Shown here: positions 1-13,944 of the stretch, one piece after another | How the letters are laid out: the number at the start of each line of letters is the position of its first letter | Numbering within the stretch: the stretch's first letter is position 1 | Assembly (NCBI RefSeq): GCF_009834535.1 | Contig: NC_045707.1 | Coordinates: forward strand, 45,634,001 to 45,698,000 | Direction: 5' to 3' | DNA: 64,000 nucleotides | Source of the DNA: Camelus ferus | Lineage: Eukaryota | Made by a program: the position numbers and the translations under genes | The notes under the pieces: generated by a model | Database searches by the model: none | The model's input: the letters and a program-made list of their open reading frames with translations, nothing else | What the model was told of the DNA's origin: nothing

Positions 1-8
1 TCAAAGCT

Positions 9-207
9 AGTGGCCAGCAAACTGGTGTGCAGGCAAATCCAGCCTAACACTTGTTTTGTAAATAAAATTTTATTGCAACAGATGCCCAATCATTTACATA
101 CTGTCTATAGCTATTTTCATGCTCCAACAGCAGAACTGAATTAACACTCAAGACCTGAAATATTTACTTTAAGGGACTTTACAGAAAAGTTTACCCAATT
201 GCTCTAA
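9..207 (+). mobile_element. MER58A-like hAT DNA transposon relic
   Basis: Resembles the MER58A consensus (gcaaact...ttttgtaaataaaattttattg...aaatatttact...ctttacagaaaagttt). Confidence 0.75.
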
Positions 208-2149
208 ACTACAGCTCCCTAAGTTAATGACCCAAAATGCTTTCTGAGTTTTTGTGTGTCACTGTCATCAAGTTCATGATGACTTTCTACTGCAGCAGCA
301 TCAACATCTACTACCTCCAGATTTTATAAAGTTGTTACAAAGGCCCAAAGGAGCCGTCCTATGTGAAATTGGCAGTATTAAGAGTCACAGAGGCTTCTTT
401 GGCTTGTCTACTGTTTGCAGATGTATTTTGGATCTATCTACTGATGTTATCAGATAACTGAAATATTACAGTACCATCAATTTAAGGTCAATTTTAAACT
501 CCTTAAATACTTAAATGTGTATCAATTACTTGTACAGGAATAGTAAAAAAACTAAGAGGCAATTTCTAATCAAAGTATTCAAACACCCTCAGACTAGAAG
601 GCAGGAGGATAAGATCCTTTAAAAAGTATATTTTCACAATGTAACTCAACCTTTTTCAGCTGCAGTATATACTTATAGCTGCTCACTCCATGCTGGGACA
701 GGCAAGCCATAATCTCCTAACCTCTAGCTGTAACTCTAGCTGTCTCTCTCCTACAAATCCAAAAATCTTTCCTGGAAACCAGGAACCAAAATGCTCTAAG
801 AGTAAATCATTTTGGGGCACAAGAGTACTGGCTTTATTCTCAAATCAATCTTTAAACAGTATATGTCACAATTCCTCATCTTTCACAGGGGCCATAACTC
901 TGGCGCATATATCACAGCCATACCTGACAATAAAGGTTGAAGTACCCTCTACTTTAAAAGTCAAAGATCTTGTGGAAAGTAAAAATACCAGTTTTTACTC
1001 TAGAGTGGAAAGATAAAAAGACTATGTCCACAGGGAACTTGATGGATGTCATGCATTGTAGGACTGTGAAAATGGAATTGGTCAATGTTAATTTCCATTT
1101 CTTCTCCTCAAACAACCCTCAGATCCTTCAAATCCACTTCCTATATGTTAAAACGTAAGTATAATTAAATTTCAAATGCTATTTCATCGCAGAACCAGAA
1201 CATAGTACAACAGATCCCCAATACTGAATTCAACAGATCTCACATGAATACCTTACATTTCTGAAGGTTGCATGATTGACTGGCTGACTCTTAATAAGCA
1301 GTGGATTTTTCAAAAGATTATAGAATGTTCTGTAGTTAGTAAAGAACTATCAATCAAAAATTGGATTAAAGTAATTATTTTGCTAAGTCTTGAGTTCAAG
1401 TTGAAAGTCATTAGTAATATTCGAGAAATCTATTGCCAGAATCTATAATTATAATTCCAGGCCCAAATGAAAGACAAAGAATATATTGAAGGAATCTCTC
1501 CCTTTTCCTAAATTTGATTTTTTAGACAGTCAGTCTATTCAACAAAAACATATAAATTAATAAGGTAAGATGAAAAAACCAGTCTGGTCATAACAATTAT
1601 TCCAAAAGGCAATTAATTAAACTGAGTCAAGTTAGATATGCTTTTTTAGAAAAATGTCTGTAAAACAAAATTATCAGAACTGCCTGAAATAGAATCTGTA
1701 AAGAAAGTTGTTTATAGAGCATGTAAATTCTTCAAACCTCTGATATTTTTGACTCCTTTTAATATTTCATTTTTACTAGTGGATATATTAAAAGCAGAAA
1801 AATATAAGTAAAATCAAAAGATACAAACAAATGTATAAGATTATTAATTTCTAACAGTCACAAACATTTGTGAACTCATTGTATGGGTAACTTAAAAGTA
1901 ATTATATTTGCATTCTTAAAGCACTACATGCCACGTTAACAAAAACCATTTAAAATGCTTATCTTTAGCCCAGAAATAATTAAGAATGTATGCAGATATG
2001 GGACACTGAAACCTGGTCTTAAAGAGAAAAAGAAAGCATGTTTTAACTCTGCCAATAAGAAAAAAACTATAGTTGATGTTCAGCCAGTAAAGGAAAATTC
2101 TTCTTATAGAATGATGTCAGCTAAAAAATGTAGAAGGAATGACAGAATA

Positions 2150-5100
2150 AGAAATTCACCATTTTGCTGTCCCTGTGAAATAACCAATAAAGCAAGAATC
2201 ATCAATGGATATTAAAATAATTAAGTAAAAAGTTGTTGGAAAAAAGGATATTCCAACAGTACCAAAGGTACCCCACAGATCGCTTGGTAACTGCAAAAAG
2301 AACAAAGTGCCTTTAAAAAAGAAACAGCTGGCTGTCACCACATGAACCAAGTGATCAAATACAGTAAAACTAATGAAACAATCTGACATTATATCTGATT
2401 AAACAGACTGATACAATATGAAATACACAATATCACTTATGATACATCCCCATCAAATATGTTTAATCTAAATTTAATCTAAGCTTTTGTAAGTAATTTC
2501 AGTTTACAGAAAATACAGGAATAGAGAAAAAAGTCCAATGACACCACAAGGAAAACAACTGGAGAAATTCCTGAATGAGTCTTTCTAAACTACGTTGTCT
2601 CTTCTAAGTCAGTGCAATGGAAGAGAAAAAAGTAGGGGATTCTAACTAAACGCAATGTATGAACTAAAAAGTGTTCCAGGGACAAAGAGGAAAAAAATTC
2701 TAAATCTAACTAGGTATTTACATGATACTGAGAAATTCTGAGGAGATGCTTGAAATTTTTAGAAGTGAGGACTCAAAATAAATAAGACATTTTTAAATGG
2801 CCCAGCTTAAAAAAAAAAAAGAAGAAGAAAAAAAGAAAAGAAAATCAACAATAACAAAAACACATACATACAGAGATTGAGTATATATGGCAAAATGTTA
2901 AGAACTATTCAATTTAGGTAGTGAGTTCATTATACTACTTTTCAATCTTTCTATTTGTCTGGAATTTTTCACTATAAAACTATGTTGGAAACAACAAAGA
3001 CATTTATCTCAGCATTACTTATAACAGCAAACAACTAGAAATAAACAGTTGTATGTCCAATAAGACTGGACAAATAAATTATGGTATGCACACAGATGTG
3101 CAAATTATTCAGCCATTAGAAGTACTGTTGGTTTCTTTACTAACATGAAAACAAATTTAAAAAAGGATTATAAAGCTGTTTGTAGTATAGTTCTATCTTG
3201 AAAAACATTCCCAGAAATGTATAATACACATGTATAAGAGAGGCTTTAGAGACAGAAAAACAATATGTTAACAGTGGTTTTAATTCACAGGCAGAATTAA
3301 GGAAAATTTTATTTTCTCCTTTTTGTTCATCTGTATTTCCTAATTGTTCTATAATATGTATTACTTATAAAATTAACAACTGTTCCAAAAAACTCCCTAC
3401 AAAATTTACAGATATCAAGAATTTCAAAATAATTCTTCATTCTACTTCTAGAGATCTAGAATAAGAGAAAAATCAGATCCAATTAACATATTAAGATGTT
3501 CATCACAGAATTTTTTCTAATGATAAAAAATTGAAAACACTATAAATGTTCAAAACTAGGGAAATAACTAAAAATTATGCTAGATATGAAACAGAACAGC
3601 ATTACAGCCATTAAAAATTGGTTTCAGAGAATTTTAATGATACAAAAAACACATATAGAATGTTTAATTTTTTAAAGGGCAATAACCATCCTAGTAAAAA
3701 CTGATTCAGACAAAGATCACAGATTTCTACACATCAGGAAGATGTTCCTAAAGAAAGATATTTACATTCTTAAGGTAATTTCCCACAAATTACTAATTAC
3801 AAGAGGAAAAACAGTAATGATACACTAGAGAAACTAGATAACCTTATCCAAGTGATAAAAACTGACATACTGTGACTTCAGACATGACAACCCTGAAAAG
3901 AACACAATAGCTACTCATCTAGTATTCCATCCAAAGATGCACTATTGTCAAACAGTTCAGAAAAACAGTATGTGTACAGATACATCAATGTAACATTTTC
4001 CCACATTTGTCTTCTATCTTTCTATCTTATAAGGACAAAATGGAGTGTTATGTGTATATTATACATAATATAAATAACATATTCCATTGATTGAGAATAA
4101 TAAAATGTGTGAAAAATGTTAAAGAGAATCTGAGAAAGGTATGCAGGAGTTTTCTGAACTATTTTCACATTATGGGATTACTTCTGCTAAGTATGAAATT
4201 ATTTCAAAATAAAAAGTTAAAAATAATGCACTCAACCTGGGTGGTAGTTACACAGGTGAGCTCTTTGTGACAATTCATGCAATTTTCAATAAGTTTATTA
4301 AAAAGACAAGGAAAGCAAGATACAAAACTATACTTAATACTCTACCAAATCTGTAAGAATACTGACTCTATTTACAAATAGACAAAACTGATTATATGAA
4401 TGTCAAAAATATATCGAGATTTATGAAAGAATAAACAATCAAAATATCTTCATTTCTTTTGTATTTCTCCAGGAGAGCACACAACACTGTTTTCAATATT
4501 TAAGAAAAGTATTACCCCAAAATTATAATACATAATTTTTTCCTCTATTGTTTCAAAAACTGAAGTTATCCTGCCTATTCAATGTTTAATTTGCAATAAA
4601 AAATGACAGAAAAAAGGGAGAGGTAGTTTCTAAGATTTATAAAATCTCAATTATTTTTTCTTATATTAAATATTACTTTAAGTATTCCACATACTCGTGT
4701 TTTTAAAAATATTAACAATCTGTTAACATGTAAAGGACATCAATGGCATTCTCTGACTTTAGCAATAAACATACAGAAATGAAAATAGGAATAAAAATAT
4801 TTCATTTACATCAGTAGCAAAACCATAAAACACTTAAGAATAAATTCAACAAAAAAGGGACAGGAACTACATTAAAAAAAAAATTAGAGTAATGGATAAG
4901 ACAATGTGATACAACTGTCAGTTTTCTGAAACAAATAAATACAATGCAATTCCAATCAGAATTCTAAGGGCATTCTTCTGTGGATATGTGTTAGGACTAA
5001 AAATAGCTAAGAAAAGTAAAGAACTGTTTTCGGTTGTGTGTGTATGACAGAGGATCAAGACTTGCTTTATCTAATTATCAAAAGGTACTATAAAGTTTCT

Positions 5101-6100
5101 GATATCAAATCAAAGTAGTATTAGCATAGAAACAGACAAACAGATGAGTGGAACAAAATAATACAGAAACTGGTTCCATTATATAAGAGAATAGTTCCAT
5201 TACATGAGAATAGTATATGGTAGAGGTGGTCATTCAATTAAACAGAATGAATTATTTAATAAACAATTCCAGCACAACTGACTATCCATTTGAAAGAAAA
5301 TAAAATCAGCACCCCCAACCTTACACAAAAATTCTAGACCAATTAAAGATGTAATAAAACACAAAACAGAGTTCAAGAAAACAGAAGATACTGCTAGGAA
5401 CCCAGAAGTACAAAGTATGAACATATACTGTATTTAAAATCTTTAAACTTCTGGAAGAGCTTTAAAAAAACAAAAAAGCCAACAATCAAAATATGCTCAA
5501 AATCACTAGCAATATGGGATTCATGAAGTATTAATATATTCTTTGATTCAGCAATCGTGCTCCTGAAAAACTATCACATAATAAAACTGCCAGCACATAA
5601 GGAGATATATATATCTCTATATATATACACACATATGTATGTAACACATATATGTATATACTTAGAGATGCTTATTGCAAATGATTTATATGGCAAAAGA
5701 AATTGGAGGCAAAATGAATGTTCATCAACTAGAAAATGGTGGCATAAAGTATGGTATATTCACACCATGGAATGTTACACGGCCACTCAAAAGAATAACA
5801 GCTATTCTGATTGACTTAGAGGGATACATAGTCCTGAATGAGAAAAGCAAGGTGGAGGAAGAAAGTGTGCCTATGATTCCATTTTTGTAAAACAAATAAT
5901 GACTAACACTCTCCTCATATAAACAGACATAGATGTACACATACATGAGCATAGAAAAATACGGAAGGCTACCTGCTAGGTGGTTACATGGGTCTGGAAG
6001 GGAGGGAAGGAAGAAGAAACAAGCAAAAAAAAAAAAAAATTAAAAATATTATATTAAAAGTAAGTGTGATCACATCATATGTACTATGAAAATTTATGTA
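2150..6100 (+). mobile_element. Cluster of old, degraded L1 (L1M-type) fragments in METAP2 intron 4
   Basis: A-rich + strand with L1 ORF2 and 3'UTR remnants (aatgcaattccaatcagaattc, acagacaaacagatgagtggaacaaaata, atggtatattcacaccatggaat). Boundaries approximate. Confidence 0.6.
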
Positions 6101-6401
6101 ATTAATGTGAAATTACATGTCTGTGACATTCTAAAAATAGATGTTTTAAGATAGGGATAGTGACTGATGTATTCAAACTGAAAGAAAAGATGCCCAGGCC
6201 ATAAAATATAACATCATGTTCCTTTCCAAACTTAAAGAAAAACAATGATGTCTTTATAGGTCAATTAAACAATGCTACAGTAGAAGCTTTCTTAACCAAC
6301 TACTGCAACCACTGGATTAACCAATGCTCTTTATTCCCTCTGTAAATCATACTACTATCCACTGTATTCTGAATATCAGTGGTTAACAGGTTCCTGTTCT
6401 G

Positions 6402-6625
6402 AATAGTAACAGCAGCTAACACTTAATGCTTACTATGTGTGTCACTACTTTAAAACGCTTTACATATATTATTCTTCACAACAACACTATGAAGTACCCA
6501 TTTTATAGATGAGGAAATGAAAGCATAGACAAGATAAATTACTTGCCCAAGTCACAAAGCTAGTAAGTGTTACAACTGGGATCCAATGTGGATAGTTTGG
6601 TCCCAGTTTCCACACTCTTTAACTA
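6402..6625 (-). mobile_element. MIR SINE
   Basis: MIR core: cccattttatagatgaggaaatgaaagcatagac...acttgcccaagtcacaaagctagtaagtg. Confidence 0.8.
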
Positions 6626-7140
6626 AAATCTATATGCCACTATGTCTGTCGACCAGATGAAATATATCCATTCAGAATACTTCCAAGCATCAGGTGATTT
6701 GTGTAAGTCATTTGTACTTGCTATTGTAATTATGTAATTTAATTATATATTACATAAAAAGAATTGTTTCTATGAAAACTAAACTGACTACTCAGTGAAG
6801 TCTCAACAAAGGCATGTCATCAAAAAATACTACTGTCAAACGAAACTATGAATGATCTCAGGAAAAAAAATGTAAAGCTGTAGGGATCAGCACTCAGATT
6901 ACTTAGTCCTCGCTCGTCACAGAAACTCAAAATGCAATAGACTAATAGACAATGCATTATGGATACAGTGCATGGAGGGGAAAAAAGTGGAATCCAATGC
7001 AAATCCATGCTCAAATATCAAGAATAATGAGAAACAAACATTTGTTTCAAGTTAACTTTTATCAGTAAAGATTTTTGTGTGTGTGATACTTTAACATACT
7101 TTTTTGACGAACCAACTACTACTGGTCCCAATCATTTTGG

Positions 7141-7236
7141 TTTATTAATCTATTTATGTAGTGGAGGTACTGGGGCTTGAACCCAGGACTTTGTGCATGC
7201 TAGGCATACACTCTGCCACTGAGCTGTAAGTTCCCC
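7141..7236 (-). mobile_element. Short tRNA-derived SINE (camelid Vic-1-like)
   Basis: Minus strand reads agctcagtggcagagtgtatgcctagcatgcacaaagtcctgggttcaagccccagtacctcca plus an A-rich tail; 14-bp TSD cccaatcattttgg at 7127-7140 and 7237-7250. Confidence 0.85.
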
Positions 7237-7399
7237 CCCAATCATTTTGGATAAGAGGGCTTCTACTGTATTTTCTCCGTAACAAATTCACAAGCTGTTT
7301 ATTAAGGTACTAGAACAAAGTTCTAAGAATAATCAAATCTGCTTTATTGCTAAACTACAACTTTCAAAAGTCAAACTGGAAGTTATCTTATTATCCTTA

Positions 7400-7537
<138 letters not shown>

Positions 7538-10500
7538 TTAAAAATAAAATCAAGCAGTTATCATTACTATTTTTCTCAGTTCCTAATGGTTATTATATGC
7601 CCTAATTTCAAGGAACCTCCTTGCTATCACTTTACAGTTAAAAACAGAAGATACATCATCATGCTAGCCACCTCCTCTGCTTGGGAATAAAAATACTCAA
7701 CTCCTCAGAACTCCATTATGTATTTAAATAGTATATGCCTTGGCAGAAAGTATACTTCTAATGTTTTTGTCTTCATTTACTATACTGGAAATGAAACAGC
7801 ATGTAGAGGCTGGCTTTCACATGTAAAAATCAAAGAAGCAACAACAACAAAAATAAATTCTATAGCAATAAAGTAAAAATATAAAGCTATTATGTATTAA
7901 TAAAGTAGGTTAAAAACTTATTTCAAGGGTAGATTGGATGTAAAGTTAAAGTGTATACACATCCAGTGCTAAAAGACTTTAGGTAGCCATAAACAAATTT
8001 CCAGATACTTCAAAAAAGCTATGGTGCTTAGCTTACGTTTTAAGAACATTATTTCCCTAACTATAATTTAAGACACCAGTGCTCCAAAATTTTTAAAAAT
8101 ATTTAGAAATCTGTTTTCCAAAAATCTGTTTAAATATGTAAGAACTAGTTATACAGTTCTTATTCTAAGAACTTTCTTTTAGTAATAAATGCTGAATCCA
8201 AGGAATGTTAGGAAGTTGCATAACAGTTAATTTATGCAATAATATGTGACTTTTGATGTATACCTGTGCAGCATTTACCAAGTATTGAGTTGAAGAGTGT
8301 GATTTTTCTTTTGATTATAGCTGGTCTTATATTATGGATTTTTGTCTTAAATTTTAACACATATTTTAGGGTTTTTTTTTTTTCCCTAAGAGGGGGAAAA
8401 AAGACACATATAAATAAAAATATGACCATTTACTAAGCCAAAGCATTTACCTATGGAACCATTTTTTGGTTCCCTCTTTTAATTCAAACAGTATTTCATG
8501 AGTACCAACTGTTTCCTTCTTTTAACACATTTAAAAGTGTTCTATGGGCAAATATCTTTGGGAAATACTGTTTTAGGCTCCTCCTAAGAGGGAACGTTAA
8601 AAATTTGAAATCAAAAAGGACTTCAGAGGTCATCTAATTTAGCCTCACAATGAAATCCAGGAACCCCCCACCTAGCACCCCTGACAGATAGCACTAAGTG
8701 CCTCACAATGGAAGCAGTCACTATCTCCTAAGCTAAAATCCATTCGTTTGGAGACAACTGTAACTATTAGAAAGGTCTTTCTACACTAATCTCCCTGTTA
8801 CTTTCCTCTGTCAGTTCTACGTTTATTCTTTGCAGTTAAAAAAATTTTACTTTTCATTTCTACTGTTTCCTTCTTATGATGAGTAAACCACTTTAAGGGA
8901 TGTGGTTCTTAACACTTTCACTCATAATCACTAACCTTGTCAGTATTTCTTTTAAGTTGGTACTATAACTGACTTCCATTAATAATCTAAATAAGGCATA
9001 ATTAGTATAAGACTACACCACTGATTCTAAAACTCGTACTGTTACTGAAAGGTAAAGACTCCTAGTTTTTTGGTTCACATTGTACAAGCATTCAAAATCC
9101 TTAGGATCCTAGCACCCTATATTAAGTTTATATACATCTATTAAATTTCAGCTTGTTAATCTTAGCCAATTGTCTCAGTTTAAAATCTTTATTTTTGTCA
9201 ACCAAAGTATTATGTCATCACCCTCAGCCTTATTTCATCTACAAATCTAATAAAGGTACCTTTTATATTATCCACAAATTATTAAGACAAGATAATTGAA
9301 GGACTCAAAAAGATCACTAGAGAAAAATAATCTGTATTCAAAATAAGTTGAAGTCTAGCTTTTACCACTTAATAGCTGTGACTTGGACAAATGACTAAAC
9401 GTGCCAAGCCTGTTTCCTCATCTACAAAATGAAGAACCAGATGAACTCTTGGATAACATTTGAAAATTATAATACACTAAGTCCAAGTTATCATCTAAAA
9501 CCATGAATAATTAAATATCTGTACTGCACTTAATCATCAACTATCATTTATAATTCTCTCACTTTATAGATGAGGAAAATGAAGGCAGCAGACTGCCCAT
9601 GATTACATTATTTGGCTTATTCCAGAAGTGATTTATGACAGTCTACACAAATAAGAGACATTCAAAGTAAATTAGAGAGCAAAAATCAAAACACAGAAGA
9701 ATATAAAATAGAATCTGAAATAAAGCCAATACAAAACCAGATATGGCTCTAAGCTTTCTAGCAGACTATATATAAAAAAAGGGCTCGGTTATTTGCGTAG
9801 TTCATGATGTTTCTGAGATAAAGTACATTAACCACTCAGGAAAAGCCCAATTATTCTTGATACTAAGACCAGACAAATCAGTATCTGTCGAGAGCGCAGA
9901 TAAAGAAATATAATGAACATATAAGTTCAACAACATCCTCATAGGAGGCACAATAAAGGCTGATGGCATCATACTAAAATATCTGTCACTGGAAGAATTC
10001 TACCAAGGCCAAATACAAAACAGCTCCTTAACACTCCTCACTGCTTATTTACCTTCATTATGGAGCAATTTTAGAGTATTTGGAGAAATAGATTTTACTC
10101 AAGCCATTCTCAGGTAATAATACCATGTCTCACAAGCACACTTTGAACAATTTCTGAATGGAAGGAATATGATATCATAATCCCTGGAGATTCCTGGAAT
10201 GCAAGTAACCTGTGCTCATTAAATATAGACTATGCTAGGGGCAGAGCTGACATCCTAAGGAGAAAGGTTTAACCAGGACAGATGCCTGAACAGAAAGAAG
10301 GCTATCCCATGTCCACCTAGAGACACATCTGGGGAATGACTGGCAGAGCCAATAGCTTTCTTAAAAATAATTTAAGTATTTCCCTCAACACAGAGATAAA
10401 AATGGAAGTCAAGCCCCCAATATTCTGATTTATACAATTTTAGCCTGAGATTTTAAAGGAAGGTTTAGCCAGACACTGAATAATAGTCCCTAACAGCCCA

Positions 10501-11132
10501 AAGAACATCCAAGATTAGAACTTGTTCTGATTCTCAACCCAACTTTAATTCCTCAATACTATACAATCTCCCCTTTGTCTTCCTGATAGAGTTTCAGATC
10601 CCTGAAGACATTCAGCTATACCATTTACAGAAACAAAATATAAGATCACATTTTAAGTGAATCTGAAATAGCGTGACACAAATGTTATTAATAAAAATTC
10701 ACTATATTCACAAATTTTAAGTAATGGGAGTCCTCATTAAATATTCTTCAAAAATCTCTTAATATCAAAGCTGGCAGATGAACTGCGAACTATGTTAATC
10801 CTATTACCACTCAGTGGCATTACTTTAGCCATCACTGACAAAATTACTTGAATTACTCAAGTTTTAAATTATAAAGTTTTTTAGGAACCTATCCCTAACT
10901 TGCAATAAAATGCAGCAAACTTATTATTAACATTACTTGGCTGAATAACTGCTGAAGAAAATACCACAACAGTTAAAGCAAAGTACCTGCCAAATAGCTG
11001 GGAGTTTCCATTAAGCCTAAATTTATTTCCCTTATATATATCAGAATTTTAAGCAACTTCAAATCTACTCTTCAAACCTGCTGGTTAATAACCATTCTAA
11101 TTTGTCAAGTAAGGTCAACTTATGACACTAAC

Positions 11133-11198
11133 GTCCTCTCTTCTTCTTCTTCTTTTTCTTCTTCTTTCCAGTTGCTCCATCTCCATCACCATCTCCAT
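11133..11198 (-). CDS. METAP2: METAP2 coding exon 3 (acidic/poly-Lys block)
   Basis: Acceptor tttccttag; 66 nt, (D)[21 protein letters not shown]; donor GTTAGT. Confidence 0.97.
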
Positions 11199-11802
11199 CT
11201 AAGGAAACATAGTTTCAAGATCATTTAATCCTAATCAGCAGAGAGACAAAACAAGTACAAGCAGACAAGTACACACACATACAGTACATTTTAAATAGCA
11301 AAGTCAACTCAACATTCTTAGAATTTTGTATTAAGTACGAGAATTTGACTTGTGTAATCAAAAGCACTAGTAAACTTTACTTTGACTTACTCTAATAAAA
11401 GAATTGTTGAATAAGATATTTTAAGAATAAAAAAGTATTAAATAACACATCTTTTAAAAACTAAGAAAAATTAGTGTTAAATACCAATAATAATGACTAT
11501 TATGACATCATCTGAAATTACATAATTATAATTTACATATGCTTTGCAGTTAAACATTTGTATTTCATGATCTCATGTAATCCTCAAAGCAACTGTGTGA
11601 GGTAAAAAGGAATGTTAAGGGACATGCCCAAGATAATTCTAACATAAATGACAGAATTAGACCAAGAATATGTCACCTGATTCCCAATCTAGTGAGAGGT
11701 GACTGGGGTCTCATATTTTAAAGTATCTTTCCAGCATAGTTGTTATTACAGAAAAAGAGGTCTCCTTCACAGTCAAATTGCGTACAAAAAAATCGTATTT
11801 TT

Positions 11803-12281
11803 AAGATGTGGTATATACATACAATGGAAAACTACTCAACCATAAAAAAGAATGAAATAATGCCATCTGCAGCAACGTGGATGGACCTAGAGATGATCAT
11901 ACTAAGTGGAATAAGTCAGAAAGACCAATATATGATATCACTTATATGTGGAATCTAAAAAAAGATACAAATTTTATTTACAAACCAGAAATAGACTCTC
12001 AGACATAGAAAACAAACTATGGTTACCAAAGGGGAAGTGGGGGAGGGATAAATTAGGAGTTTGCGATTAAAAGACACACACTACTATATATAAAATAGAT
12101 AAACAAGGACCTACTTTACAGCATAGGGAACTATATTCAATTTCTTATAATAAGTGATAATGGAAAAGAATCTGAAAATATGTGTATATAAATTCATGTA
12201 TAGGTATAACTGAATCACTTTGTTGTACATCTGAAATTAACACTGTAAGTCAACTACACTTCAATAAAAAGTAAAAATTTT
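11803..12281 (+). mobile_element. 5'-truncated L1 3' end
   Basis: ORF2 C-terminus (MWYIHTMENYSTIKKNEIMPSAATWMDLEMIILS), 3'UTR, AATAAA and A-tail; TSD aaaaaaatc(g/c)tattttt on both sides. Confidence 0.9.
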
Positions 12282-13944
12282 AAAAAAATCCTATTTTTCC
12301 TAGGTTCATAGTTCTCATATTCTCAAAAGAACCTGATGCCCCAAAATGGAGGTTAAAAACTATTCAAAAATTAGTTAGCAAAAGAGTACCCAAAATAGCC
12401 ATGATCTGTCTTGTCAGTTTTGATAGGACAACAATCTTCTATGAAGCCTAACGGCCATACCCTTGAACTTTGAGAAAAAATAAACAATACAATTAAGGCC
12501 AAAATTAAACAGTGACTTAAAACATTTTTAAATAAAGTTGTCAAAAACAGAACTACATGCCTGAATTTCTAAAAATGATGCTCAATAAATCTGAACAATC
12601 ATTTCTGAAGTATGCTAATCTACAGACAAATCACACTGCTATGAAATACAGATGAATAGGACAGTGTCACAAATAATTAGAAGCTCATAGTTTAATAGTA
12701 TGCTCATCATATGGTATTTTTTTTTAATGTTTAACCTAGTGGTAGTAATTAATGGCTACTAGCATTAATAATTTTACACAGTAAAACCTACACCCATATA
12801 ACAATGTCAAATGACTGTTTATATTTTCTGCTCAAAGAGCTTCCTTTCTACTCCCAGACTGGTAAGTAGAAGTCATAAAAGAAAATCCCTCACCATGCTA
12901 CCTACTATATTCTTCTATTATAATCATTAATTTAAACTGATCCTTAATTGTTTTTAAGCTCCTTAAGGATTAGACACCATTTCTTAAATTAAGCACAGTG
13001 CCAAGCATGTGACAAATGCTCAGTCTGTTTGATGAATGAATGTTCTTTTAGTTTACCTTATCTTATTTATATTTATTTTCACCTAATTGAGAAATAGGAA
13101 ACAGCAGTTTACCAAAGAGGGAGGTAACATGATCTAGGGCTTTAATGAGTGGAATGACAGGAAATCATCAATATTTGACAATTTTTGACTTACAAAGTTG
13201 CATTTCTTAATGCTCAGCCTTATAAAATTAACAGAAACAGTGGAGACACAAATATTGCTGACTTACAAATTAGTGGTTTCTATATTCAAAAGCCTAACAA
13301 AAATAACAAGAAAAATTTTTGGAAAACACAACTTTGAATTTTCTCATGTGACATATATAGCAAACTCACATATTCTGCTCTACAGGTTTAACAGTACCCT
13401 TCTTCATTTATCAAATAAATAAATGAGTTCTTAAGTGCCATGCAATAGGGACAGAACAGTATACAAGATAGTCTTTGCTCTGTATGAACATTCAATGAGC
13501 ACACAGCTATATACCTTAGATTGAACCTGAAACAAATGCTTCAAGATGTATAATCAGTTTTAAATACACACTCAAAATCCTTCCAGTTGTGTGACCCTGC
13601 GGAAGTTATTTAGCCTCCCCCTATAATGGTTTCCTCATCTTTAAAGTGGAATAAGACAAAGCTCCACCTTGATACTCAGTCATCATTCTAAGGCTAATTA
13701 CTTTATCCAATGTCCAAAGTCACTGTTCAGTACAGAATGGCCACCATTTATTGAACACTTGTGCTAGAATTGCAGTAGAGCCAGGATCTCAGTATTAAAC
13801 TACATATGCTTATGGTTCTACTTATCATACTATGCTACAATTTATGTTTTCACATGTCTTTCTTTCACAGCATCCCAGGATATTCTTAAAAAGCAGAGAC
13901 TGTTTTATTTCTATATTAGCATTATGCCCAAATCAATTAATATT

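Larger units (their letters stand above)
6278..7268. mobile_element. TcMar/Tigger-like element with nested MIR and tRNA-SINE
   Basis: Imperfect TIRs CAGTAGAAGCTTTCTTAACCAA and TTGGATAAGAGGGCTTCTACTG, flanked by TA dinucleotides. Confidence 0.65.

Noticed and set aside
250..1300. ORFs and unique-looking sequence in METAP2 intron 4, considered as exon 5 or an ancient LINE
   Set aside because: No METAP2 exon 5 peptide (RTAAWRTTSEEKK) in any frame I could read; resemblance to ancient LINEs is too weak to call.
7160..7230. tRNA-like A/B boxes (also at 41610-41680)
   Set aside because: An A-rich tail, TSD and broken cloverleaf indicate a SINE, not a tRNA gene.
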